From Candidatus Omnitrophota bacterium (GTDB lineage: Bacteria; Omnitrophota; Gorgyraeia; Zapsychrales; Fredricksoniimonadaceae): a stretch of 59,683 bases of DNA. Location of the stretch: assembly GCA_015233145.1 (NCBI GenBank), contig JADFYI010000003.1, positions 105,421 to 165,103 of the forward strand, in the 5' to 3' direction. Shown here in pieces: positions 24,445 to 34,502 of the stretch. Within the stretch, counting starts at the first letter, position 1, and each line of letters begins with the position of its first letter. The translations under genes were made by a program, and so were the position numbers. The notes below the pieces were generated by a model that did not search any database, had not been told where the DNA came from, and worked only from the letters and a program-made list of their open reading frames with translations.

Positions 24445-26574
24445 GTGTACACAACGGAAATCTTTAGTAAGATTGTCAAAAGGAATGGTGCCGAAGTTGA
24501 TTTTGAACCTGAAAAAATTACACAGGCATTGTTAAAAGCTGGCCAGGCAACGGGTGAGTTTGCCGAAGATGGCGCCCAGAAGCTGACCATCCGCGTTTTA
24601 AACCTCGCGCTTCAGGCCTATTCCAAAAGACTTCCGACGGTTGAAGGCATCCAGGATATTGTTGAAGAAGTTTTGATTACCTCTCCTTATCGAAAAACCG
24701 CCAAGGCTTACATCATTTATCGTGACCAGCATTCCCGCAACCGTGAGATCGCCTCCATGTTTAACGTCGATCTTGTGGAAAAGTATCTTTGCCGTCGGGA
24801 CTGGAAGGTGAATGAAAATTCCAACATGGCTTATTCTCTCCAGGGCCTTAATCATTACGTTTCTTCAGAGATCTCCCAGGCGTATTGGCTGAACAAAGTT
24901 TATCCTCTGGAAGTCCGCGAGGCGCATACGAATGGCGATCTGCACATCCATGACCTGGGCAGTATCAGCGTTTACTGCGTTGGCTGGGATTTGTATGATC
25001 TTTTGTTGCAGGGGTTCCAGGGCGCGTCGGGAAAGGCAGAATCACTGCCAGCCAAGCATTTTCGTTCTGCCTTGGGCCAGGTCGTTAATTTCTTTTATAC
25101 CCTGCAGGGTGAGGCCGCAGGCGCGCAGGCCTTTTCCAACTTTGATACCCTTTTGGCCCCGTTTATCCGTTATGACAGCCTTTCTTATAAAGAAGTCCGC
25201 CAGGCTCTCCAGGAATTCCTTTTTAATGTCAATGTCCCGACGCGCGTGGGGTTTCAGACGCCTTTTACCAATGTGACGCTGGATGTGCGTGTGCCGTCTT
25301 ATTACAAGGACAAGGGGGTTCTTATCGGCGGCAAGATTCAGAATGAAACTTACGGCGAGTTCCAGGTGGAAATGGATATGTTTAACAAGGCTTTCCTGGA
25401 GGTCATGATTGAAGGCGATGCCAAGGGCCGCGTGTTTACCTTCCCGATCCCGACGTATAACATCACCAAGGATTTTGACTGGGGGAACCCTGAGTTAAAG
25501 CCTTTGTGGGATATGGCCGGCAAGTACGGTATCCCGTATTTTACAAATTATATTAACTCAGAAATGAGCCCGGAAGATGCCCGCAGTATGTGCTGCCGCC
25601 TGCGCATTGATAACCGCGAGCTTAATTCACGCGGCGGCGGGCTTTTTGGCGCAGCGCCATTGACCGGTTCCATTGGTGTTGTGACAATCAATATGCCGCG
25701 TTTGGGGTATGCCTGCAAGAATGAAGAAACATTTTATGCAGACCTTGAGCACCAGATGATCCTTGCCAGAGAGAGCCTTGAGATCAAGCGTAAGGGCCTG
25801 GAAGTGCTTACGGACGACAATCTTTATCCGTATATGAAATTTTACCTGCGCAACATGAAGTCCCGTTTTGGCCAGTACTGGAAAAATCATTTCTCGACCA
25901 TTGGTCTTGTGGGCATGAATGAATGCTGCGTGAATTTCCTGGGCGAGAACATCTCAACCCCCAAGGGCAAGAAGTTTGCCGAAGATGTGCTGGATTTCAT
26001 GCGCAAGGTTCTCCTTAAGTTCCAGCAGGAGACAGGGAATAATTATAACCTGGAAGCAACTCCGGCCGAGGGGGTCAGCTACCGCCTGGCGCGCATGGAC
26101 AAGGATATGTTCCCGAACCTGAAACGCGATTGCCCCAACGAAGCCGCGGGCGGGGAACCGTTTTATTCAAATTCCACGCATTTGCCGGTTCATCATACGG
26201 ATGACATTTTTGAGCTGTTCGACCACCAGGATTCCCTCCAGGCGCGTTACACAGGGGGCACGGTTATCCATGTTTTTGTGGGAGAGCGTATTGAAGATAC
26301 GGACGCGGTCAAGAATTTTGTCCGCACGGTTTGCGAAAAATACAGCCTGCCGTATTTTACGATCTCGCCGACCTTCAGCGTCTGCCCGAGCTGCGGTTAC
26401 ATTACCGGCGAGCATCAGAATTGTCCCAAATGCTCAAATGAGTGCGAAGTTTATTCCCGTATCGTCGGTTATCTTCGCCCTGTCAAACAATGGAACAAGG
26501 GCAAGAAATCCGAGTTCCTTCAGCGAAAGACGTTCAGTGTATGCTCATCGGGGGCTTGCTCAAATTCACACTGA
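24445..26574 (+). CDS. nrdD: Anaerobic ribonucleoside-triphosphate reductase (class III)
   Basis: N-terminal ATP-cone (IVKRNGAEVDFEPEKITQALLKA), active-site CCRLRID, C-terminal Zn ribbon CPSCGY...CPKC, and glycyl-radical motif SRIVGYLRP. Confidence 0.92.
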   Translation: MYTTEIFSKIVKRNGAEVDFEPEKITQALLKAGQATGEFAEDGAQKLTIRVLNLALQAYSKRLPTVEGIQDIVEEVLITSPYRKTAKAYIIYRDQHSRNREIASMFNVDLVEKYLCRRDWKVNENSNMAYSLQGLNHYVSSEISQAYWLNKVYPLEVREAHTNGDLHIHDLGSISVYCVGWDLYDLLLQGFQGASGKAESLPAKHFRSALGQVVNFFYTLQGEAAGAQAFSNFDTLLAPFIRYDSLSYKEVRQALQEFLFNVNVPTRVGFQTPFTNVTLDVRVPSYYKDKGVLIGGKIQNETYGEFQVEMDMFNKAFLEVMIEGDAKGRVFTFPIPTYNITKDFDWGNPELKPLWDMAGKYGIPYFTNYINSEMSPEDARSMCCRLRIDNRELNSRGGGLFGAAPLTGSIGVVTINMPRLGYACKNEETFYADLEHQMILARESLEIKRKGLEVLTDDNLYPYMKFYLRNMKSRFGQYWKNHFSTIGLVGMNECCVNFLGENISTPKGKKFAEDVLDFMRKVLLKFQQETGNNYNLEATPAEGVSYRLARMDKDMFPNLKRDCPNEAAGGEPFYSNSTHLPVHHTDDIFELFDHQDSLQARYTGGTVIHVFVGERIEDTDAVKNFVRTVCEKYSLPYFTISPTFSVCPSCGYITGEHQNCPKCSNECEVYSRIVGYLRPVKQWNKGKKSEFLQRKTFSVCSSGACSNSH

Positions 26575-27203
26575 TTGATTATCCTGGCAAAGTGGCAGCG
26601 GTTGTTTTCACCCAAGGGTGTAACTACCGCTGCCCTTTTTGCCATAATCCCGAACTGGTTCTCCCTGAACTTTTTCAGCCTGCCATTTCCCCTGACGATG
26701 TGCTGGCCTTTCTGGATAAACGTAAAAATCAGCTTCAGGCTGTTGTTATCACCGGCGGAGAGCCGACCCTTCAGCATGACCTTCCGGATTTTTTAAAAAA
26801 AATCAAGGCGTTGGGGTATTGTGTCAAGGTTGATACCAACGGGTCCAACCCTCAGGTTTTACGCCTTCTTGTTGAGGAAAAGCTCGTGGATTATGTGGCC
26901 ATGGACATCAAATCGTCTTTGGAGAATTACGGCAAGGCGAGCGGCGTTTCGCCGGACTTGTCCGCAGTCCAGGCGTCGGTCTCCATCATCAAAGCCTCAG
27001 GGGTTGACCATGAATTCCGTACCACGGCTTTTAAAAGTATTGTTTCCGAACCTGATATGGCAGGCATCCTTGCGCTCATCGGAACTAATGAGTCCTATAA
27101 TTTACGAAGAGGTAGTTTGAAAAACAAGGTTTTGGATTTTAATTTCTTTGCCGACAGGCCGGATTATACCGAAGAAGAGTGGACGCACATCAAAGGGCTG
27201 TAG
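26541..27203 (+). CDS. nrdG: Anaerobic ribonucleotide reductase activating protein
   Basis: GCNYRCPFCHNP cluster motif. The start at 26541 (MLIGGLLKFTLIDYPG) overlaps the nrdD end. Upstream alternatives at 26442 and 26490. Confidence 0.85.
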   Translation: MLIGGLLKFTLIDYPGKVAAVVFTQGCNYRCPFCHNPELVLPELFQPAISPDDVLAFLDKRKNQLQAVVITGGEPTLQHDLPDFLKKIKALGYCVKVDTNGSNPQVLRLLVEEKLVDYVAMDIKSSLENYGKASGVSPDLSAVQASVSIIKASGVDHEFRTTAFKSIVSEPDMAGILALIGTNESYNLRRGSLKNKVLDFNFFADRPDYTEEEWTHIKGL

Positions 27204-27226
27204 GCTAAGGCCAAACAGGTGGTTGT

Positions 27227-27904
27227 ATGAGGGTTCTTGTTATTGAGGATGAGAAAAAGATTGCGAGTTTTATCCAGCGCGGGCTTAAAGAAGAGCATTA
27301 CGCCGTTGACCTTGCCTATGACGGTGAGCAGGGCATGTATCTGGCGGAAATAAACCCCTATAACCTCATTGTCCTGGACATTATGCTTCCCGGCAAAGAC
27401 GGCGTTTTTATCTGCCGGGAGCTGCGTAAAAAAAATATCAATACCCCTATCCTTATGCTCACGGCCCGCGATGCCATTGAAGACAAGGTTTCCGGCCTTG
27501 ACTCCGGCGCTGACGATTACATGACCAAGCCCTTTTCTTTTGAGGAGTTTCTGGCCCGCGTGCGGTCCCTTTTACGGCGAGGGGCAGAGCAAAAATCCAA
27601 TATCCTTAAAGTGGCTGACCTTGAATTAAACCAGCTGACGCATAAGGTGAAACGCGCCCTCAGGGAAATCACCTTGAGCGCCAAGGAATATTCTTTTCTG
27701 GAATTCATGATGCTGCACGCCAACGAAGTTGTGACCCGTACCATGATTTCCGAACAGGTCTGGAATGAGGATTTTGACAGTTTTACCAATGTCATTGATG
27801 TTTATGTCAAGCACCTGCGCGACAAGGTTGACAAGAAAACCGACGTGCCGTTAATCCATACCGTGCGCGGGGCAGGATACATGCTTTCCGAGACTCCACC
27901 GTGA
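27227..27904 (+). CDS. OmpR-family response regulator
   Basis: Receiver domain (VLVIEDE, LIVLDIMLPGKDG, MLTA) and winged-helix output (LTHKVKRALREITLSAKEYSFLEF...VRGAGYML). Confidence 0.9.
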   Translation: MRVLVIEDEKKIASFIQRGLKEEHYAVDLAYDGEQGMYLAEINPYNLIVLDIMLPGKDGVFICRELRKKNINTPILMLTARDAIEDKVSGLDSGADDYMTKPFSFEEFLARVRSLLRRGAEQKSNILKVADLELNQLTHKVKRALREITLSAKEYSFLEFMMLHANEVVTRTMISEQVWNEDFDSFTNVIDVYVKHLRDKVDKKTDVPLIHTVRGAGYMLSETPP

Positions 27905-29391
27905 AATTCAATTCCTTTAAATTCAAAATCAGCGTCCTTTATTCGCTCGTCCTGGGGGTTGTCCTCCTTTTGTACAGTTCCTTTCTTTATTGGGGATTGG
28001 CCGCGGCGCTTCACAGCGAACTTGACCGCGATTTAAAAATCAAGGCCCAGGCAACGATCAAGGTGCTGGAACTTTATGTGCGGGCGGCCGGCGACGCCCC
28101 CCGCGTTGTGAATTATGTTTTTAACCGGATCAGTTTTCCCGAGGATGTTGATGTCAAACTCGAGCTTATTACAAAGATTGACTTTTATTGGGCGCAGCAA
28201 TTTGAGAAGCTCAATATGCAAGACGACCTTTTGCTCCTCGCCAAAAGTTCAGCCGAGCCTATCGGCAAAAGCCGAAAGCTTTCCAATGACCTTGCGAAAA
28301 TATTTCTTAAAAATGTCTCCGAAGTCCCTGGGGATGGAGACATAGACCTGTCCGACGTTTATTACAAGCATAAGGTGCTGAGGCTCTTATCCGAGCGTTG
28401 CTACCTGGATGGCAAGGGCCCTTATGTGCTTTTCATTGCCGCGTCACAGCGCCCGATTGTCAAGCTCCTTAAAGACAGGCAGTTTGCCATGATTGTGAGC
28501 ATCCCGGCTATTTTTATTTTAACCTTTGTTTTAGGGGCTTTTTTTATTAACCAGCTTTTGCGTCCGGTTTTAAAGGTCACGGAGGCGGCGGAAACGATCA
28601 GCCATAAACATTTGGGCGCGCGCATTGCGCCTGCGCATGGTGATGAAGAGATGGAGCGCCTTGTGGCGGCTTTTAACAATATGATTGCCCGTCTTGAAAA
28701 AGTTTTTAAGCATAGCGAAGAATTCAGTTCTCAGGTTGCCCATGAGCTGCGCACTCCTTTGGCCATCATGAAAGGTGAGTCAGAGTTGGCCTTGCGCAAG
28801 GAGCGGGAACCCAAGGAATACCGGCGGGTCATTGGCCTTAACCTTGAGGAGATTGACCGCATGCTGCGTACGATTGACGACTTGCTTCTGATTACCAAAA
28901 TTGACTACAGCCCCCAGATTTTCAAGAAAGAACCGTTTGAATTCGGCGCTTTTTATCGTGAGGTTTTTGAACAGGCGAAAGTGCTGGGAGAAAAGAAAGG
29001 TGTCGCCATTTCTTTTGCTCCGCCTTCTGTGAGTATTCCGGTCGTGGGGGACCGCCTGCACTTAAGAAGGCTTTTTTACAATTTGATTCACAATGCCGTC
29101 AAGTTTACCCCTTCGGGAGGTGCGGTTGTCTTAACAGCCAAAGTGAAAGAGGGAATGGTCCTGGCAAGCGTGTCAGACTCCGGCAGCGGGATTGCGGAGG
29201 CTGATTTGCCGAAAATTTTTGACCGGTTTTTTCACAGAGACCACCCCCAGAGCGATGAAGAGCCAGGGAGCGGTTTGGGCCTGAGCATAGCGCTGGCCAT
29301 TGCCAAGTTTCATGGGGGGGATATTAAAGCCGAAAGCTGGGTAGGCAAGGGGTCCACCTTTACTGTTATTTTACCGCAAGGCGGCGCTTAA
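27901..29391 (+). CDS. Sensor histidine kinase (2 TM, HAMP, HisKA, HATPase)
   Basis: SSQVAHELRTPLA (H-box), NLIHNAVKFTP (N-box), DSGSGI and GSGLGLSIA (G-boxes). 4-nt overlap with the regulator gene. Confidence 0.9.
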   Translation: MKFNSFKFKISVLYSLVLGVVLLLYSSFLYWGLAAALHSELDRDLKIKAQATIKVLELYVRAAGDAPRVVNYVFNRISFPEDVDVKLELITKIDFYWAQQFEKLNMQDDLLLLAKSSAEPIGKSRKLSNDLAKIFLKNVSEVPGDGDIDLSDVYYKHKVLRLLSERCYLDGKGPYVLFIAASQRPIVKLLKDRQFAMIVSIPAIFILTFVLGAFFINQLLRPVLKVTEAAETISHKHLGARIAPAHGDEEMERLVAAFNNMIARLEKVFKHSEEFSSQVAHELRTPLAIMKGESELALRKEREPKEYRRVIGLNLEEIDRMLRTIDDLLLITKIDYSPQIFKKEPFEFGAFYREVFEQAKVLGEKKGVAISFAPPSVSIPVVGDRLHLRRLFYNLIHNAVKFTPSGGAVVLTAKVKEGMVLASVSDSGSGIAEADLPKIFDRFFHRDHPQSDEEPGSGLGLSIALAIAKFHGGDIKAESWVGKGSTFTVILPQGGA

Positions 29392-29549
29392 ATTTTTCTT
29401 GCATATTTCATTAATTTATTTTAATATTCGTTTCATCTTGTTTTCATAAAAAGACTGTTAAAGTTATTCCCGGTAACAGGATGTATTCTGTTATAACTTA
29501 AATAAATTTTGTATTTAAAGAACATTTTTGGAAAGGAGAAAGAAGAGAC

Positions 29550-30080
29550 ATGAGAAAAACGTTAATAGCAGTTTTGTTTTTCCTTGGCCTCGTCCTTATC
29601 AACATCCCGGTATCGGTTGCTGAGGAAGCGGAGAATGACAAGTTTTCTTTTGGCAAGGTTGTGAATGTGGCCGCGGGCCAGATCACGGTGAAGGAATATG
29701 ACTTTACCAAGGATGCGGATGTTGAAATGACCTATTCTGTAACGTCAGAGACAGAGCTTGGGAATATTAATGCTGTCACAGATCTTACAGCCAATGATGA
29801 TGTGGTTATTGACTATGTTGAAAAAGACGGCAAAAGGGTTGTTACAACCCTTGTGAAAGAGGAAAAGGGAGCAGAAACACCTGCGGCGTCAACCGCAGCT
29901 GAAGCTCCTAAAGCGCCGGAAGCCGCGCCAGCAGCAGCGGTAGCGGCACCAGCCGCTGAAGCAGCACCGGCAGCAGCTGCACCAGCCGCTGAAGCCGCAC
30001 CAGCAGCCGCACCGGCGGCAGTCGCGCCAGCCGCTGAAGCCGCGCCAGCAGCAGCGCCAGAAGCACCGGCTCAGAAATAA
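29550..30080 (+). CDS. Secreted protein with Ala/Pro-rich repetitive C-terminal tail
   Basis: RBS GGAAAGGAGAAAG, signal peptide MRKTLIAVLFFLGLVLINIPVSVA, and C-terminal (AAPAAEAAPAAA)n. Confidence 0.7.
   Translation: MRKTLIAVLFFLGLVLINIPVSVAEEAENDKFSFGKVVNVAAGQITVKEYDFTKDADVEMTYSVTSETELGNINAVTDLTANDDVVIDYVEKDGKRVVTTLVKEEKGAETPAASTAAEAPKAPEAAPAAAVAAPAAEAAPAAAAPAAEAAPAAAPAAVAPAAEAAPAAAPEAPAQK
29946..30058 (+). repeat. Imperfect tandem coding repeat (three units, GCACCAGCCGCTGAAGC-type) encoding the Ala/Pro tail
   Basis: Units start near 29946, 29979 and 30024. Confidence 0.7.
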
Positions 30081-30160
30081 TAAAGAGCTGAAACGAACAA
30101 ATTCCTCAAAGGTGGGGAATGAAACAATAAACACAGTACTAGAATCAGAAAGAGACTCAA

Positions 30161-30400
30161 ATGGAAAAGGGAAAAGTGAAGTGGTTTGACAGGAAAAAGG
30201 GCTATGGTTTCGTAACAATGACCGATGGTAAGGATGTTTACGTTCATTACAGCGGTATCAATGGCGAAGGTTATAAGTACCTCGTTGATGGCGAAGACGT
30301 CGAGTTTGACGTCCAGGAGGACACTCGTGGTCCTAAGGCTGTTAACGTTGTTCGTCTGAATCCGCCGGCTGAGAAGCCTTCACGCCGCGGCGAGATGTAA
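30161..30400 (+). CDS. Cold-shock domain protein (CspA family) with short C-terminal extension
   Basis: GKVKWFDRKKGYGFV (RNP1) and VYVHYS (RNP2-like). Confidence 0.9.
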   Translation: MEKGKVKWFDRKKGYGFVTMTDGKDVYVHYSGINGEGYKYLVDGEDVEFDVQEDTRGPKAVNVVRLNPPAEKPSRRGEM

Positions 30401-30442
30401 AAACATTACGGTTCTTGTCGTTTTGGACTGTCTTATAAGGGG

Positions 30443-31486
30443 GTGAAAAAGAAATTCTTCGCCCCCTTTTTATTTATCAAGGAAGGTCTGTTGTTAAGCT
30501 TAAGAAAATTCTTTTTGATGATTTCTTTTTGCGTAGCCTGCACCCAGGCATGGGCAGGGCTTTCTAAATTTGATGAAAGCCTTTTGTCTTTTTTCTTCGC
30601 GGGCCAGAAAATTGCCGCTATCCAGACTGATATGGATTTTTATTTTGGCTGGCGCAGGCTTGACCGTGATGAGTGGAAGGCGCCTGCCTTGAAAGCTGTG
30701 GCTGAACTTGAAAAGATTAAAACAGGCCTGCCGAAAGACTTGCCTGCAGACCTTGAGATCCTGCGTTCCAGTTTTTTGACAGCGGTGAATCATCTGGAAA
30801 CCCTTTACCATAACGTTGAGTCAAAAAACGACCTTGATTTTGAAAAAGAGCAGGAATTGTTTATTCGCGCCACCGAGCGGTTTAACGGATATCTGGAACG
30901 CGTGGCAAGCGTTATGCCAATGACCCCTCTTGCCGATGACTTTGATCCCCTTGATGAAGAAATGAAGGCTTTCCCGCCCAAAGACAGGGACCGTTTCAGG
31001 GAGGCTGCGGCAGAAGTTGAGGAAAAAAAATTTGATAAAGCCAGGATAACGATTTTATCTTTACTTAAAGAGTACCAAGGCTCTGTGGCCGAAGGGAGCC
31101 TGGTCTTAAGGCTTGCTTTGGCCAGTTTGCCTGATGAAGATGCCGAGGGCAACAACACTGAAATTCTTAAAAAGATCGAGGATTTGTCACAGCTTTTGCA
31201 TTCCGGACGTTATTACCCGAACCTCGTTGATAGTTATCTGACATGGCGCTCGGCTTATCAGGAATATCGCCATGGCATTTCAGAAACCTCGATTATTCCC
31301 AACCATCTGTACGTTGAAACGATTGATATTGTTTGCAGCGCCATAAAAAAGCATCTTGAAACTTCCGGCACTGATGAATGGGCGAGAGTTCAGCTTTTTA
31401 TGCTGGCTCAACTACCTGTGATTCCCCGCGGCTCATCAGGCAAACCTTCGCCTGGCGTCATTCCCGCCTTGTATGGGGAAGAGTAA
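30443..31486 (+). CDS. Hypothetical exported or membrane-anchored protein
   Basis: 347-aa ORF with a hydrophobic N-terminal segment (FLMISFCVACTQAWA). No motif recognised. GTG start is uncertain. Confidence 0.5.
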   Translation: MKKKFFAPFLFIKEGLLLSLRKFFLMISFCVACTQAWAGLSKFDESLLSFFFAGQKIAAIQTDMDFYFGWRRLDRDEWKAPALKAVAELEKIKTGLPKDLPADLEILRSSFLTAVNHLETLYHNVESKNDLDFEKEQELFIRATERFNGYLERVASVMPMTPLADDFDPLDEEMKAFPPKDRDRFREAAAEVEEKKFDKARITILSLLKEYQGSVAEGSLVLRLALASLPDEDAEGNNTEILKKIEDLSQLLHSGRYYPNLVDSYLTWRSAYQEYRHGISETSIIPNHLYVETIDIVCSAIKKHLETSGTDEWARVQLFMLAQLPVIPRGSSGKPSPGVIPALYGEE

Positions 31487-31489
31487 TTT

Positions 31490-32194
31490 CTATATTTTTC
31501 CGGTTAAATAACGCTGCCGCTGTTTTTGAGGAAATCTTTCAATGGCGTAACGGAGCATGGTGCGCGGCAGGCGGTTGTAGCGGGTTTTTAAGAAATTTTC
31601 GAGTGCTTTTGTGTCTCTTTTTCCTGCTTCCCTCAGCATCCATCCAGCAGCTTTGTGCAGTAAATCTTCCCTGTCGTTTTGAAGAATGTCAGCAATAAAA
31701 AAAGTATCTGAAAAATCATTGTTTCTGATAAAGGTCAATGTTGAAACAATTGACATGCGCCGTTGCCACATGTTTTTTGAACGGGCAAGTTTGTAAAGGA
31801 TGCGTCTGCTTTTGTCCTCTAGAAATCGGCCCAGGATTTTGTGCGCAGAAACGTCAATAAGGTCCCAGTTGTTGCAGTAACAGCTGTTATCAAGATAAAG
31901 CCTTGTGATGTGTTTTTTGGTTTTTTTGTCACCGGACTCAAACTGTGCAATCAAAATAAGAAGGGCCAGCAGCCTTTCTTCGTGGATGGGTGAGCGTAGC
32001 AGCGTTAAGACATGGGGTTTGGAAAGTGGTTTGAATTGCCGGGCCACACGGCGTATGTCGGGGACTTTGACGCCGATAAAAATATCTCCCTCTCCATATT
32101 CTCCCGGGCCGGTTTTGAAAAAACCGGAGAGAATTTTGGCTTTGGAGAGTGAAGCGTATTTTTTAAGCTCTGTCCTGGCATTTTGGGCTGTCAT
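31490..32194 (-). CDS. DNA alkylation repair protein (AlkD/AlkC-like HEAT-repeat family)
   Basis: KILSGFFKTGPGEYGEGDIFIGVKVPDIRRVARQF...NNWDLIDVSAHKILGRFL...WQRRMSIVSTLTFI is typical of PF08713-type proteins. Confidence 0.75.
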   Translation of the reverse strand: MTAQNARTELKKYASLSKAKILSGFFKTGPGEYGEGDIFIGVKVPDIRRVARQFKPLSKPHVLTLLRSPIHEERLLALLILIAQFESGDKKTKKHITRLYLDNSCYCNNWDLIDVSAHKILGRFLEDKSRRILYKLARSKNMWQRRMSIVSTLTFIRNNDFSDTFFIADILQNDREDLLHKAAGWMLREAGKRDTKALENFLKTRYNRLPRTMLRYAIERFPQKQRQRYLTGKI

Positions 32195-32282
32195 AGCAAG
32201 GTTCTTTTTATTTCATATAGAGGTTGCTCTGAATTTTCTTAGACGTTATTATAAAATAAGATTTCAATGAAAGCATAAAATT

Positions 32283-33158
32283 ATGGGTAATAAATTCTTT
32301 ATTGTGGTTGCGGTAGTGGTTGCTTTGAATATTCCTCTGGGGCTGGCTTTGGCCTCTGACCGTTCTGATGAGGGGATTGTTAATGAGGATGAAGTTTTTT
32401 TTCTTAAGGATGAGATAAAAACGCTTAAAGCCCGCCTGACCGAGGAATCAGCCCGCCTTGAAAAATCCGAGGCAGATAAAGACCTTCTTGAAAAGAAAGT
32501 AGACCAGCTTCAAAAATCTCTTTTGAGGTATGACAAAAGCATTACCGAGCAGATAACCCAGGAAACCCTTAAAGCGCAGGCAGAAGGGTGCCGGAGCGAA
32601 CTTCAGGCGCAAAAACTTGTTGTGGAAGAGAAAAATGCCAGGATTGACGAGCTGTCCTCTCAAAAGGAGAAACTTGCGCGCGATTTAAACCAGACGGGCA
32701 ATGAAAAAGTTGTTTTGCGTGAAGAGCTCGCCCTGGTTGACAAAGAGCTCAGCACTTTAAAAGCAAATTTTAACACCAGGGCCCGGGAGGAAAAGGCTCC
32801 TTACGAGGATAAAATCAAGGATTTACAAGAGCGCCTGAATGCCGAGCACACGCTTGTTGCTGAAAAAGTAAAGCAGGCGACCCTGGTTTTGGAAGACAAA
32901 TTACGCACCATGGATTTGCAGCTGCGTGCCAAGGATGCCGCGGCTGATGCAAAAGTTTTCGCGGTTAAGGCCCCTTTGGAGGAGAAAATCAAAGATCTCG
33001 GGAACGAATTGTCCTTAACCAAAAACGCCTCGGCCGAGGCTGTAAAAAAGATTCAAGAAGCTGACAAGGCCACGATCAGTAATCTCCTCGCGGAGCTTAC
33101 AGCCAAAAAAGAAGAACTTAAAAAATGCCTTTCGGATCAAAAAGGCCAGAAACCCTAA
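32283..33158 (+). CDS. Secreted coiled-coil protein
   Basis: Signal anchor MGNKFFIVVAVVVALNIPLGLALA followed by a long heptad-rich, Lys/Glu-rich sequence. Confidence 0.6.
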   Translation: MGNKFFIVVAVVVALNIPLGLALASDRSDEGIVNEDEVFFLKDEIKTLKARLTEESARLEKSEADKDLLEKKVDQLQKSLLRYDKSITEQITQETLKAQAEGCRSELQAQKLVVEEKNARIDELSSQKEKLARDLNQTGNEKVVLREELALVDKELSTLKANFNTRAREEKAPYEDKIKDLQERLNAEHTLVAEKVKQATLVLEDKLRTMDLQLRAKDAAADAKVFAVKAPLEEKIKDLGNELSLTKNASAEAVKKIQEADKATISNLLAELTAKKEELKKCLSDQKGQKP

Positions 33159-33173
33159 AAGAAAACTGCTGCG

Positions 33174-34391
33174 ATGCGCGTCGCGTTTATCGTCGGAAAA
33201 TTTCCCTCACTCTCAGAAACATTCATCCTTAACCAGATGACCGGGCTTCTTGACCAGGGGCATATGGTGCGCATTTTTGCCGGGGAGCGCTCTTCGGATG
33301 TGATGACCCACGAAGACGTTATCCGTTCAGGGTTGCTGCAGCATACCCGCTATTATTGCGATGTCCCGCGTTCGCTTTTTATCCGTTACTTGAGTTTCCC
33401 ATGGCATTTCTTTCTTAATATCTGGCGGGCTCCGGGGGTGATCTTAAAGTCATTGAATGTTTTTCGCTTTGGAAAAGAGGCGGCATCCCTTGAGCTTTTT
33501 TTTAAGGCCCTTGTTTTTCTGGACATCAGAGACTATGACGTGATCCTTTGCCATTTTGGCCACAATGGCCTAGAAGGGCTTCGTATGAAAGAAATCGGCG
33601 CCCTTCAGGGAAAATTGGTCACAGCGTTTCATACCAGAGACATTACCTCTTTTATCTGGAAAGACGGCCGGAATACTTATAAAAAACTTTTTGAAGAGAG
33701 TGCCATGATTTTGCCGGTAAGCCGTTATGCCAAAGGCAAACTGATTGAATTGGGGTGCCCTGAACAAAAAATCAATATCCATCATATGGGGGTTGACCTA
33801 AGCCAGTTTGATATTATAACGCGCCGCAAGTTCGGCAGTTTACCCATGAAATTCTTGTCTGTGGCGTATCTTGTCGAGAAAAAAGGAATCCGCTATGCCC
33901 TCGAAGCCCTCGCGCTTCTCATGAAAGAGGGGATTGTTTGGGAATATACAATCATTGGTGATGGGCCTCTTCGCAGTGAACTGGGGAGCCTGACGCGTTC
34001 TTTAGGCATTGTGCCGCGTGTCCGTTTTATGGGCTGGCAGGATTCCGGGGCTGTCAGGCGGGCCCTTAAAGATTCTGATGTTTTCCTGGCGCCAAGCATC
34101 AAGGCGGAAAATGGGGATGAAGAGGGAATTCCTGTGGTTCTGATGGAAGCCATGGCCACCCGTGTGCCGGTCATTACAACGCCCACAGGCAGTATTCGTG
34201 AACTGGTTGAGGACGGAAAGACCGGTTTTTTAGTTCCTGAAAAAAATGCCAAAGCCTTGGCGCAAAAAATTGTTTACCTTTATAAAAACCCCAAAGCCGT
34301 TGATATTGTGTCAGCCAGCGGTCGCAGCCTTATTGAACAAGAGTATAATGTGGAAACCCTGAACAAAATCCTTGTCAAAATTCTGAGCTGA
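33174..34391 (+). CDS. Glycosyltransferase family 4 (GT-B)
   Basis: C-terminal EEGIPVVLMEAMATRVPVITTPTGSIRELVEDGKTGFLV (EX7E-type motif). Confidence 0.85.
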   Translation: MRVAFIVGKFPSLSETFILNQMTGLLDQGHMVRIFAGERSSDVMTHEDVIRSGLLQHTRYYCDVPRSLFIRYLSFPWHFFLNIWRAPGVILKSLNVFRFGKEAASLELFFKALVFLDIRDYDVILCHFGHNGLEGLRMKEIGALQGKLVTAFHTRDITSFIWKDGRNTYKKLFEESAMILPVSRYAKGKLIELGCPEQKINIHHMGVDLSQFDIITRRKFGSLPMKFLSVAYLVEKKGIRYALEALALLMKEGIVWEYTIIGDGPLRSELGSLTRSLGIVPRVRFMGWQDSGAVRRALKDSDVFLAPSIKAENGDEEGIPVVLMEAMATRVPVITTPTGSIRELVEDGKTGFLVPEKNAKALAQKIVYLYKNPKAVDIVSASGRSLIEQEYNVETLNKILVKILS

Positions 34392-34502
34392 GAAATCGTT
34401 TCCTTCTTTCCCTTCTTCTGACCTTTTTTTCTATATTTTTATAATATATACTTCTGCTGACGGTTTTGGTGGCCGTCCGATACACATAAATAAGGAAAGT
34501 AT

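Noticed and set aside
29455-29499. Alternative CTGTTA/TAACAG/CTGTTA pairings upstream of the Ala/Pro-tail gene as a possible attenuator
   Set aside because: The stems are short (6-7 bp) and AT-rich, there is no T-tract, and the motif is present only once. This is not distinguishable from chance.
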